The notes beneath the pieces were generated by a model. It made no database searches. It was not told where the DNA came from and saw only the letters and a program-made list of their open reading frames with translations. From Bispira polyomma (taxonomy: Eukaryota): 64,000 nt of DNA. The position numbers and the translations under genes were made by a program. Below, one piece after another: positions 12,161 to 23,099 of this stretch. The stretch's first letter is position 1, and each line of letters opens with the position of its first letter. The stretch covers positions 31,620,001-31,684,000 of the forward strand of contig OZ287756.1 of the NCBI GenBank assembly GCA_965649765.1, given 5' to 3'.

Positions 12161-12972
12161 TGTTACGGTGACGGGAGCAAGCGCGGTAGCAATTACCGGT
12201 TGCTTTGAGGTTGTAACAGGAAAAGACAAAAAGTTTCACTTAACAAATTTATTTAACAAATAAAATAACAACTACAGAATTACAGAATTATAAAATTACA
12301 AAATTACAAAATTACAGTCAACTGAGATACCCTTAATAGCTCACACAATAATATAATAATGAAATCAATCTGACCTGACCACAGTCCTGTCCACTTAAAT
12401 AACAATTAAACCAGTTTGTCCACTGTATCCAGCAATCTGTCTTGAGATCCGCTCAATGTCCACACAATGCCTGTATCCTGTTATCTGTTCAGCGTCCACG
12501 CACACAAAATGTATATATCCAGAGAATCTGCACAACTAAGCTATCCAGTCCAGGATGCAAACAATATCCAATATGCAGTAAATCCAATCTCTGGTAGATC
12601 CACAACTTTTATCTAGTTCACTCCAATGAGTTCACCACAAAATGTATATAACAAACAGTATAGTAGTTCATATAGCATTCATATAGCACCTCAGCTCAAT
12701 TAAATCTCTTCTGTGGCCAGACTGTCAACCCTTATATATACCACTGCTAGAGAAGGTTGCTAGAATGTGTAAGCAATCGCTAGGACATTCCAGAGATGAG
12801 ATATACATATGAATACAACTTTAATAACCTTCAGAAATAAAATAGAACCGGTTTCTAGAAGCTTAGGGGTTTCCCCAAATCTATAAATAGCTCACTCCAG
12901 CAGAGTGTAAAACCATTAGTACTAACTAGACCGGTTTTTCTTCCACACACCACAATGTCCCCATATGTAACA
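12161..12972 (-). mobile_element. Solo LTR of the Gmr1-like Gypsy family, inserted in E1 pol
   Basis: Reverse-complement match to LTR 54431-55211; TGT...ACA ends; GTAC flanks both sides. Confidence 0.93.
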
Positions 12973-13895
12973 GTACTTACATTTGACAAGTCTGCACAAT
13001 TGTCTGACTTATGGCAATTGTCAGGTGTTTCGTCTTCACTGTCACTAATAAGTGCATCTACTAACCTGGTCATGTATTCAGTATAATCAAAACCCAACTG
13101 CTTGAAACAGGCATTATCTCTTTCGAAATAATAAAATGTATCAGCAGCTTGCTTGATCACAGCCTGGTGATGAGTTTCCACATTAGTATTACTGGTAGTA
13201 TTTAAAGAAACAGCCTGAACCTGGATTATGGTTTGAAAGGTTTGAATAATACAAAGGTTTTGGCTAGGTGGCAATTCAACACGAGCATATACACACTTGG
13301 CAGCAGTCACGTCATAAAACATGTGGAAATAACCTGAGAATTTTCCATCCCTATCCCTAATGTAAACAATTGGGGCCAAATTTTGAATTTCCTCACAAAA
13401 AGTTTTCCAATTGGTAACTGATACCTGACACGTGTGTGCCTCTTTGTTCCAAGCTGGTGAATTAGCATAGTGACTGCTCCCATTTGAAATGCAGGCCTCA
13501 GTGCTCCTGTCCCATCTATGGTGACCCGACTGGGTCCTGCTCTGAAATTGAATACATTCATTTACATTCTTGGTTTCATACTGGTAGTTGTCGCCAGCAT
13601 CTACTGAAACTGCAAAATTATTAAAGACATCATTATCAACAAAGTTCACCTTTATATCAGTGTTGAATACATTATTGACAAACCTTGTACTATCTGACAT
13701 TATCATCTGCTGATAATCATTACTATTGGAACTTTGCACAATTGTATTAATTTCAGACATGCCTCTGTCGCAATAACCTAATTCACTGTTTTTGTCCTTT
13801 ATATTAAACTCTTTTACAAATTTACTGTTACCGTTCATCATTGAATTACCCTTATCACTACCTAATGTTCGTCCAACTGGTTGTGAATCGTGGCC
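12973..13895 (-). CDS. N-terminal extension of E1 pol (unknown domain), cut off by the solo LTR
   Basis: Open frame from just after the gag stop; removing the LTR and one TSD copy restores frame with RT, leaving one TAG at 12108-12110; homologous residues in E2. Confidence 0.75.
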
Positions 13896-15128
13896 CTAGA
13901 TGTTACCTTGTTGTTTGTCTGGCTGTTTACTTACATTCGCTTTAAAGCATTTGAACTCTGGGTGCGACGCGTCCTTTCCTAATGTCTTATTACAATACCA
14001 ACATACATGACGATAATTGCCATGATCCGCCTTGTGAGTACACTTGCCATTATTAAACAGCTTACAGATGGATTTACTATCTGAAGAAGCCCCGTTAGCC
14101 AAGTTACTGCCATTGTTGCCTACCATAGCCATCTGGGAGGCACTGATGCGATTCAGTGCCCACTGAGTGTTGTCCTGCCAGGACAGCCTGCCTTCCTCTA
14201 TCTCATGCATACTGACAGCCCAGGCTGTCCTGACAGCAGGCCACGGAAGTGTGGCTGCATCCCGTAGTGCGTGTACCACTTGGTTCACCATAGCTTTCAT
14301 TGTTGCCGGATAACTTACTTGTAGCGAGTTGGCCAGCTGGCCAGCCGCCCACTGCGGCAACGTGAGGTCGTCAAAGACTGGCCTTCGACGAGTCGATCCC
14401 CCACCCCAACCTTCGTTAGACCATCTGAGTTGGGGATCAGCTAAAGTAATATCTGTGGAGTTATAACGACCAGACTTCTGCCTGATTGAGTGCTTACCCT
14501 GGACTAGACCCCTCTGGGCCAAGGCTTCGTAGTCAGCCAGCTGCCTGGTAACGGCCGCCTGCACATTTGGAAAAGATCTTAATGCATTGAGACTGGGGAC
14601 AATGCCATCTGTGTTGTAACCCTGACCTGTTGGTGGTTGCATCATAGGTTGAGCCAGCGGCTGCGCGACCCCGTTGTACCTGGGAGGGGGAAGAGGTAAC
14701 GAATAACCCTCGTGTCTCTGTTGGACCACCGTACCATCCCTCATGGTGTGTAATGGAGAATTAGCGGGTGTAACTGTCTGTTTGTCCTCTACAAGTTGCA
14801 ATCGCCGGGTTATGTTAGCGTTGGAGGTCTCCAGACCACGCAGAATGGAAAGAACCTCGGACATGCTTTGTGACTCGACTTGTGACTGGGGTACGGCCTG
14901 AGATGAGAGCCCGGCTTGGCTAGATGATCCATTTGAACTGGTCAGTAACTGAGAACCAATAAGAGGACACGCAGTGTCGGCAATGACTGTTCTATGTATT
15001 TCTGATTGATCGTGAGTATTAGTAGTAGTTACCTGACCAGTACCCCTTTTCTTGGCTGTACTAGTTGAAGTTGTCTTTGTGGTCCGTTTCTTGCTGTTTA
15101 ACACAGGAGTTGCTTTTGTTTTCCCCAT
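13896..15128 (-). CDS. Gag-like protein of E1
   Basis: Coiled-coil segment, KSGR motif, W-rich conserved core, C-terminal C-x4/5-C-x-H...HVC-x2-C...H..C cluster typical of DIRS/Ngaro ORF1; first ATG at 15128. Confidence 0.9.
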   Translation of the reverse strand: MGKTKATPVLNSKKRTTKTTSTSTAKKRGTGQVTTTNTHDQSEIHRTVIADTACPLIGSQLLTSSNGSSSQAGLSSQAVPQSQVESQSMSEVLSILRGLETSNANITRRLQLVEDKQTVTPANSPLHTMRDGTVVQQRHEGYSLPLPPPRYNGVAQPLAQPMMQPPTGQGYNTDGIVPSLNALRSFPNVQAAVTRQLADYEALAQRGLVQGKHSIRQKSGRYNSTDITLADPQLRWSNEGWGGGSTRRRPVFDDLTLPQWAAGQLANSLQVSYPATMKAMVNQVVHALRDAATLPWPAVRTAWAVSMHEIEEGRLSWQDNTQWALNRISASQMAMVGNNGSNLANGASSDSKSICKLFNNGKCTHKADHGNYRHVCWYCNKTLGKDASHPEFKCFKANVSKQPDKQQGNI

Positions 15129-15222
15129 TTCACACAACAATCACTAGTTCCAGTACCACGTCAGTTAATAAAAAGAAGTAAAATATAAATAAAACCAATT
15201 CAGTGTAAATACGTGGTTAAAA

Positions 15223-15445
15223 TTTCAATTTTCTAAATGTCCTGTTTACAGGTGAAAACACAAATTCAATATGGAGGATAGCTATCCTAGCTTAGGGGTC
15301 ACTAATAGCTAATGCTGTGATTGGACAAGGCCCAGATGGACAGAAAGTTGGATAATGCTATTGCATTCGCTAGGGATTAAGGTAGTGTGATAGAAAAAGG
15401 AGGTTGGACTGAACTAGCAGTCCCCTGGGGTGGACTTGCTATGCA
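15223..15445 (-). repeat. E1 5' repeat A1
   Basis: Matches 8917-9139; contains CCAAT (sense) and the palindrome aggatagctatcct. Confidence 0.95.
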
Positions 15446-18400
15446 AATCACATTCATATAGAGCAGACAATTAGCTCTGTCAGTTGTTACATGGCACCAC
15501 AGGCCATTACACAAAGCTTTAATTATAATACAAGCTCCACTAGTGTAACAAAAGGGAAAGGGCCCATTCTAGAAAACAGCCACAACAACTCTGATGTGAA
15601 CAATCATTCATTCAATGTCAGAATGGCCATTCAACTGGTGCAATTTGGAAATACAGCTGTATCTGGCTGTAAGGGGTCTCACACAAAAGAAATGTGTGAC
15701 AAAACATTTAACCCAGTCCAAGGTAGAGCCTTTTGTATAAGTGGGGGGTAGCACAAAAGAGTGGCTGGGTGGCTTTATACCCATACAAGCAATAACCTAT
15801 AAAAGCCCTAATTACTCATTTCCACTGGACAGAATTACTTACCTTATGCATCAGAATAACTATTGCGTATCCTCGTTTTTGGATGACTGTTTTGGAAAAG
15901 CTACAAATGCTTTTTTAACTTTGCAAAATCTAATAATAAACTTTAGGCTCCCAATTAATCAAGACAAGGTTGATGCACCCACTTCAAACTTTATTTGTTT
16001 AGGAATACATATTAATGCCAAAACAGGATTGTTAACAATACCCACAGATAAATTCTCAGAGGCCAAAAGTTTATGTGTCGCATGGTTGCAAAAGGGCTAT
16101 CAGGAAAAGCCTCAAAACGCTACTAGGGAAATTAATTTATATGCACCGATGTGTGAAACTAGCATGGCTATTTATTAATAGAATATTAGTAGTCCTTAGG
16201 GGACCACCCCCATGTGGCTATTAAGTTGACTCCAGGTTTCTATAAATATATTAAATGGTTCTGCCAATTTCTAGTGAAGTACAAGAGGTTACATAATACA
16301 ACAATGCACACCAAGTATTTGTGGATGCTCCACTAAGTGCAATGAGGTCATTTTAAGAGGTTCTTGGAAGGCACCTCTCCTCAAATACAAACAAAAAGGG
16401 GTCTCTGTAGCGGGAACAGCCTATAAAGTACGGGTTCACCTGGCAAGATTACTAAAGCAAATCAGCTGCTTCCAACAGAATTTGGCTTTCATTCATTGCG
16501 TAGTTAGGGGGCATCATGAGCATTTGACCATGGCGTTGACTTAGATTACATAAAGGTTCATCTGGAAATACTTGGTAGGGACCCAGTAGCAGCAGGGTTG
16601 GTAGAAAGTACCTTTTCTCAGCACCTAGCCACTCCTACAACATAAACACACACACATAATGGTTTTGGCTTGATGCATGCATTATATATGACATCATCAG
16701 ATCTCAGTTTGAGCATTGTCAGTTATCACAGTTCATTATCACACTATATTAGGGGAGCCATAATGGGTTCCCGCTAAAACACCTACCTTTGGAAACCCAG
16801 ACCAACACTGGTTAGTTTAAAATAAATCCCGAGTGTGTCAGAAAGCAAATTTCTCACCCACCCTCAGTCCCTCGGCAAGTAGGTTTCGTAGAGGCATTAG
16901 GGCTTGGACAAGTGTGCGATGTAAATGTTGGCCCATGTTAAGATTTTTTATACAGGAACATAATATAGAAAACTACTTATATAAAAGTGTATTAAAGAAA
17001 GGCATAACCTAAAAGTAATGAAAATTCAGAAGAACAATTACCTTTTTGGAATAGGTACCATCAGGATCTGATCGACACTTAATCTAGAAAGGCTTATCAC
17101 TTATTTGAAATAGTTTATTTTTCATCATGGCTTTAAATGAGGATCTCTGTTTATATCTTATTTCTTAAGTTATTCAATAATCTCTGTACCGGGTAAACTT
17201 TGCCCTATTAATAACTGGTGATGTTTTTTAAACTGTCCAGCTTTTCCATATAATCTATGTGGTCTAAAGAAGGTATTTTAAAAGTAGCCATCTTGACTTC
17301 TAGGACACTGTCGAGTTTGATTTATATAAACATCAAGAAGTCATAACTTAAATTTGCAATTACAATTCCATTTCTTTATTGGAGTTTACCCCAATGTAGT
17401 AGAAAAGCAATGTAAATTCAATTTACACCTACGTGTATGTGTGAAACGTATTAGCTTCTTGGGCTTATTACATGGGATCGTTAAATGTCCGATTTTGACA
17501 GTTATTGAGTTAACAAATCTTTTAGTACTTTACAACACTGGTGGAATCTAATGTTAAAATATTTATAAGGTCATTTTGTATTGCATAGCACATATTTGAT
17601 GCATTTCCATTATTATTATTTGCTAAACTTTCACTTGGTGGACATTATTTTGAGGTGCGGCCCACCAACGGAAATGTACAGAAATTACTGGATCACTGGG
17701 CAACCAATAGGATAATTTAGAATATTCCCATTTACTGCTGAACTTTACTTGCTCACTGGTGTAAACTGGGTTTAGTTTTGAGTAATTCAGTATTTCACTA
17801 TAAAAGCCAGTATTCTGATCAGAAACATTGCAGAGCTGGTATGAACTAATGTTCTTGATTCCCTCTGGCTGAACAATCATTTCTGATATATGATGGCAGA
17901 AAATATGTAAATGAACTAATAATGTTCTGATTAAGACTTAGCGGGATTGACTTCTTTTAATCTTAAAAGGCCACAGATTGAACTAAGTACTTGGTATAAT
18001 TTTGACTGGTAATGTTTAATATGGGAATTGTTTAGTTAGGTAAACTTAAACTCAACTTCCAGGTCAACCCCAGCTTTTGCTAGTTAGATACTAAGCTGGT
18101 ATAAGGTATAATATTATGGTTTATATCTTGGGAAGTGGGATTCTGTGGGAAATGTAGAACTAATATTCTATTTAGAATGTAGATTGTATTTTACAAAGAC
18201 TATACAACCTTCTATTATTTAATGAAATAAATATATATTAAGATAACATTACAGTTTGTTATTTGTGTATACTTGTCTCTGACTAGTAGCTTGGAATGCT
18301 ACATGTGTAAATGGATTAAAAACTGTTTTAATCACACAATTTAAATTTGGCTAGTACAAACACAAAGGAAGGAAATGGTTACTGACGCTAAATCCATTTA

Positions 18401-19579
18401 AGCTAGTTGATCACAGATCTAGTCTTTTCAAACAAATAAATTATTCCATGGCTTCCCATTACTTGGTATCAAATTAATCTGTGCAAAGAGGCATATTGAA
18501 AGGAAATGTGTATTGTGATCCTACAATAATTTAAGGCAATTTTAAAAAACAAAATACACTCCAAATATGCATTATAAATGTAAGTTTATCAGTAAAACAA
18601 GAAATAACTGGAACATTCAATAGTGAGCTTTAAACCTGTGATTACATTCAAACAATTAACAATAATTCATCATCATGTGAATTAATTATTATACAATTCA
18701 AACATTTAAGATGTTTAATTTTCAATTTTAATCCAATCTCAAGTTTGGATAGTTTCCCTTGCCAATCTAAGATGGGATAACTCATCTTAAGATAGGTTGC
18801 CAAACTTAATGGTTGGGCTATAGCCCATCTTAAGATTGGCCAATTGTAAGTTGGACTCTGACATTTACAAAATACAATGACAAATTATTGCCATACCTGT
18901 TAGTTGAGCCACTAACATTAAAAATATGTTGGAACCTGGTTGAGTTATAAAGGCTCAAAGTTCAAAACATTCCTATATTAGGATCATCATTTGATAAATG
19001 CTTTTAAGTGTTTGGATGGAATAGTCTTGATATCATATATTGTGTTTTACTTTGCTCTTTATTACTATATTTAGTGTTGCCTAGACCTGTATTGTTCACT
19101 ACATGTGGTTTAGTCTTTGTAATGTATAACGTGTACAGTATTTAAAAAAAATTGAATTTTTTTTAACTCTGTAACATCTAAACTTATAAAAATGAAAATA
19201 AATAGCTAATATTTAAAATAAAGTTATCAAGCCACAATTTTACTGTCCTCTACTAGATCTTTGACTTTCATATTATTTTACTTTTATTTGACCTTTCGAT
19301 TACATTTCATCCACTTATAGCTGGTAAAAAAAATCTGTTACATAAAAAAGTGTCAGCATTAATAGATATAGAAAAGATTGAGACATGTAAATGGTTGCTA
19401 AATCCAGTTTGACATGTCTGCTACCTAGACACTTAAACAAATATGCATGCATGCAGAACTACCAGCCACAAATAGAAACATTTTCTGTGAAGCGAAATGT
19501 GTGCATATCATACATCTATATGTAGATGATAAGAATCATAAGTACTGAATGTATATCATGCACAGAATTGTTAGTTTAA

Positions 19580-19730
19580 AAGGGTCCCAGGTTTGATCCT
19601 AACTCCAGGCCTGGAGATTTTACTTTTGGACAAGGTGTCTTTTACCAATTGTATAAATGGGTAGCTGGGCTCTAATGGGTATTAGTCTTTGTGTGGCTTA
19701 TGTGGAGGCAGAGCTAGTATGGATCCTGTG
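19580..19730 (+). mobile_element. 5'-truncated copy of the tRNA-derived SINE
   Basis: Similar to 37075-37225 (B-box remnant, ttggacaaggtg, tgtataaatggg). Confidence 0.6.
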
Positions 19731-20605
19731 GTGTGTGCTTACTGGTTCTAACTATCTGCAACATGTTAACCCAGAATTTAATTGGAATATAATTTCCTTA
19801 ATCATAAAAGGCTTAATTACCACTTAGTCCATGAGCTGAGAGGCCAAAATTGGGAAATTGGTACCAAAAAAGGCACCAAACTTTATATGTGGATGATGAG
19901 GAGTACTGAACGTATAGTATGGCACAGAAATGTAAGTTCTACAAATTGTTTTATATGCACCACAATGTGTTTACTAGTGTCAGGCGTGTGTGATGTATGT
20001 TTCGTGGTTCTAACTATCTGAAACCTGTTACCCTGGAATTAAACAGGAATACAATTTCCTCAGTCATGACAGGGTTAATTGCACATATGTCTTAGTAAGG
20101 CTTACAGTATGGAAAAAAGAGCTCAATTGAGCTCATAGTTTCAGTGTTAATATTTCTTTTAGTAACATATTCCTCTGCAAATAAACTTTGGAATATTGAA
20201 ATAAACTTCAATTGTACAACTTCATAATCAACACAGAATATCATATAAAATCACAAGCAATAATATGACAGGTCTATCACCAACAGGCAACAATAACTAT
20301 CATGTAATGCAGCACAACAAATTCTTGTTATCAGACAATCCTGCAGACATTTGACAAATGGTGCCCTTACTGCTATAGGAAACTTGCCTCCATCGAAAAT
20401 GAAATTGAATAAATGGTATGGTAAAACAAAAAAAAAAATAAAATCTACACACACATAACCTACACCTACATTCACTAATGAATAGTTATACCATACATGA
20501 GCTTCCTGAGCTTCACAATTTTCAAACTTCCCAAACTTTGGCAGCTGCCGACTAGTCACCTGTCCTCTTGTCTGGGTATATTTATTCTATAACTCACTGG
20601 TTATA

Positions 20606-20883
20606 GTACGGAAGAGTATAAGGGCCATCTTTTTTTCTTTTTTTTTTTGAATTGCCGAGATAATATCTCAATAAATCGAGATAATTTAGAAGAATTTTTT
20701 TTTTTTTTTTTTTGATTGTCGAGATAATATCTTGATAAATCGAGATAATTTAAAAATAAAATTTTTTTTGAGTTGTCGAGATAATATCTCGATAAATCGA
20801 GATAATTAAGAAGATTTTTTTTTTTGTATATTTTATTTTCCAATGTACAATAGTTGATAGCATGGCCTTTGGGCATTTTAGTA
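20606..20883. mobile_element. MITE-like element with three internal gtcgagataatatctcgataaatcgagataatt units; inverted partial copy at ~21845-21990
   Basis: Imperfect TIRs (tacggaagagtataagggcca / tggcctttgggcattttagta); palindromic internal units separated by T-runs. Confidence 0.55.
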
Positions 20884-21377
20884 AATTATGTATATAACGC
20901 ATTTGTAACATATAGTACATACTACAAGTAATCCCTTAAATATAAATGACAGTTTATTTTAAAAGGTAGCCCTTAAGGTTGCCTTAACTAAAATTGCTGA
21001 GTTATTAGTAAAGATTCAAGTAACTCAAATGCAAGATGACCTTAAGTCTCTTCTTTACTAGTGGTATGCTATAATGGGTAGATGACATTAAGTCATTCGA
21101 CTTTTCCTAATTAAAGTTACCCTTAAAAGCATGGTTATTATAGTTAATGTTAACCTTAAAGTCATTCACATTATGGTGACTTTCAGTCACCCTTGGTAAT
21201 TTAAAATGGTAATTCTCTATAGTTTAGTAAGGTGACCTCAAAGTCACTGTGTTATCTATACTCATGGTTAACTTAATTATGTTAAAGTGGCCCTAACTTC
21301 TTGGTCACCTAAAATTGTAATTAGTAAATAAAATGACAAATACTGACCAATTTTGTTGAAATTGACTTTTGTTAAAA

Positions 21378-21765
21378 GCCTGATTAACTATTTTTGACCC
21401 TAACTATGACTGTTCGTATCTTGCCCTGATTAACTACTTTTGACCCTATGACTGTTTGCTGATTAACTACTTTTGACCTCTATGACTGTTTGTGTCCAGG
21501 GGAGTAGCCAGGTCTTTTCATTTGTTACTCCCAAATTAAACCAATATATTAGGGTATATTTTGTCTTACCAAAAATTCAATTCGTGGGAGGGGGGGGGGG
21601 GGGGGGTATTGACATAATATTTTGGTTTACTTGAGGAGTACTAACATCTATGACTGTTTGTGTCTTGCCCTGATTAACTACTTTTGACCCCTTGACTGTT
21701 TGCTGATTAACCACTTTTGAACTCTGTGACTGTTTGCTGATTAACTTTGACCCGATGACTGTTTG
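21378..21765. repeat. ~33-bp minisatellite (ctgattaactacttttgaccctatgactgtttg), interrupted by a ~150-bp poly-G-containing segment
   Basis: About 3 units on each side of 21497-21647. Confidence 0.75.
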
Positions 21766-23099
21766 CGCCCTTTTCCATGTTGGCTGTTCAGTTGGCCACT
21801 CACACACCTTCTTTCTCCATGGTGGATAATTAATATCGTGACAATTAAAAAAAATTGTTTTAATTATCTCGATTTATCGAGATATTATCTCGACAATTCA
21901 AAAAAAAAAAAACTTTTAAATTATCTCGATTTATCAAGATATTATCTCGACAATTCAAAAAAAAAAAAAAAATTTTATTTCTAAATTATCCACAAAAATG
22001 GCTTATGATGATGAATAAATCAGTACTACACATCTCAGAAAAGTTTCTTTAATTAGAAAAATTCACATTATAAGAATTATAAAACAAATCTTAACAAAGA
22101 CAACTCCTTGTAACTTTAGACATATCCTGCGGGTCTTTCAAGGCTCAATAGCCAAACTGAGTCATTAAGAGTTAATAATGAGTCTGCCAAGAGTTATGCA
22201 AAGTTGATAAAGAGCCAACAAATAATCATGCAGAGCTATTCCTATGTCTCACAGACCCTTCCTGAGCTGTCAATTGCTTATCCGAAGTTTACGAAGACTA
22301 CACCCAATTTAACACCACAGGCTTGCCAGAAGCTTGTCCAGAGTTAAACAGTGCTAACAAGACCTATACTGAGTAGCTATGAATAACACTCCTGACAAGG
22401 TCCTGGTAACTCTTGGCAACTATGTAAGAGCAAATAATGGTAGACTGAATAATTCAAGACATTAAACAACTAAATATTAAATCTTGCATGATCCCAGTGT
22501 ATGGATTACATAATATGATTAAAATAATTTTACAGCTTATCCTTTCAAATAACTTATTCTCTTAGAATTAATCGATTGCAAACCATTGTTTTGTCTTTGC
22601 ACAAATAATTAAGTCAATTAGTGGCTGGGAATGCACTGATCATTACAATTGCACAAGAAAATGCAAATGAAAGGTTATTTAAGTCAATTTTGATTCCAAA
22701 ACCATTGTCTTTTTCTATATAATATGACATTGTGCCACAATAACAAATCAGGAATACTAAAATTCTAAAAACAATATTTTTTTTGTTTTGGGAAATCTCT
22801 TATTTGAACAACCAATGGTTGAAACCAACATATAGAATGTACATATAAATGTATGTCTTATTTCACAATACAAAACAATATGTAAGTATGTCTTACTTTT
22901 TTAAGTAACAATATGTATAACCCTTTGGTCATTAGATTTACATTTTTTAATACATAAGGACACAAGACCCCACAAAACACTTACAGCACAAAACAGTGGT
23001 CAATTATCACAAAACAATTATTGTTACACCCAGTTATTGAAAATACTTAACTATAAAAGTAATGTTATTAAATAACAGTATTATTATATACAATTGAAC

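Larger units (their letters stand above)
7888..15445 (-). mobile_element. Ngaro-type YR retrotransposon E1, nearly intact
   Basis: Split direct repeats A1 15223-15445 / A2 8917-9139 (223 bp, 1 mismatch seen), B1 9140-9293 / B2 7888-8041 (154 bp, identical); B1 abuts A2; gag, RT-RNaseH, YR; no methyltransferase domain; no TSD. Confidence 0.95.
6365..16833 (+). mobile_element. Old degenerate YR (DIRS/Ngaro-like) retrotransposon, split by insertion of E1
   Basis: 93-bp diverged direct repeats 6365-6457 and 16741-16833; gag remnant ~6700-7480 (QEEVNQRLREYD...LKSERYR); RT remnant 15830-16180 (SSFLDDCFG, CLGIHINA); RNase H start (VFVDA ~16320); YR remnant 16380-16640 (GFHSLR). Confidence 0.75.

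Noticed and set aside
17623-17880. 85-aa ORF, and ORF 20251-20559, as exons of another gene
   Set aside because: No recognisable motif or convincing splice pair
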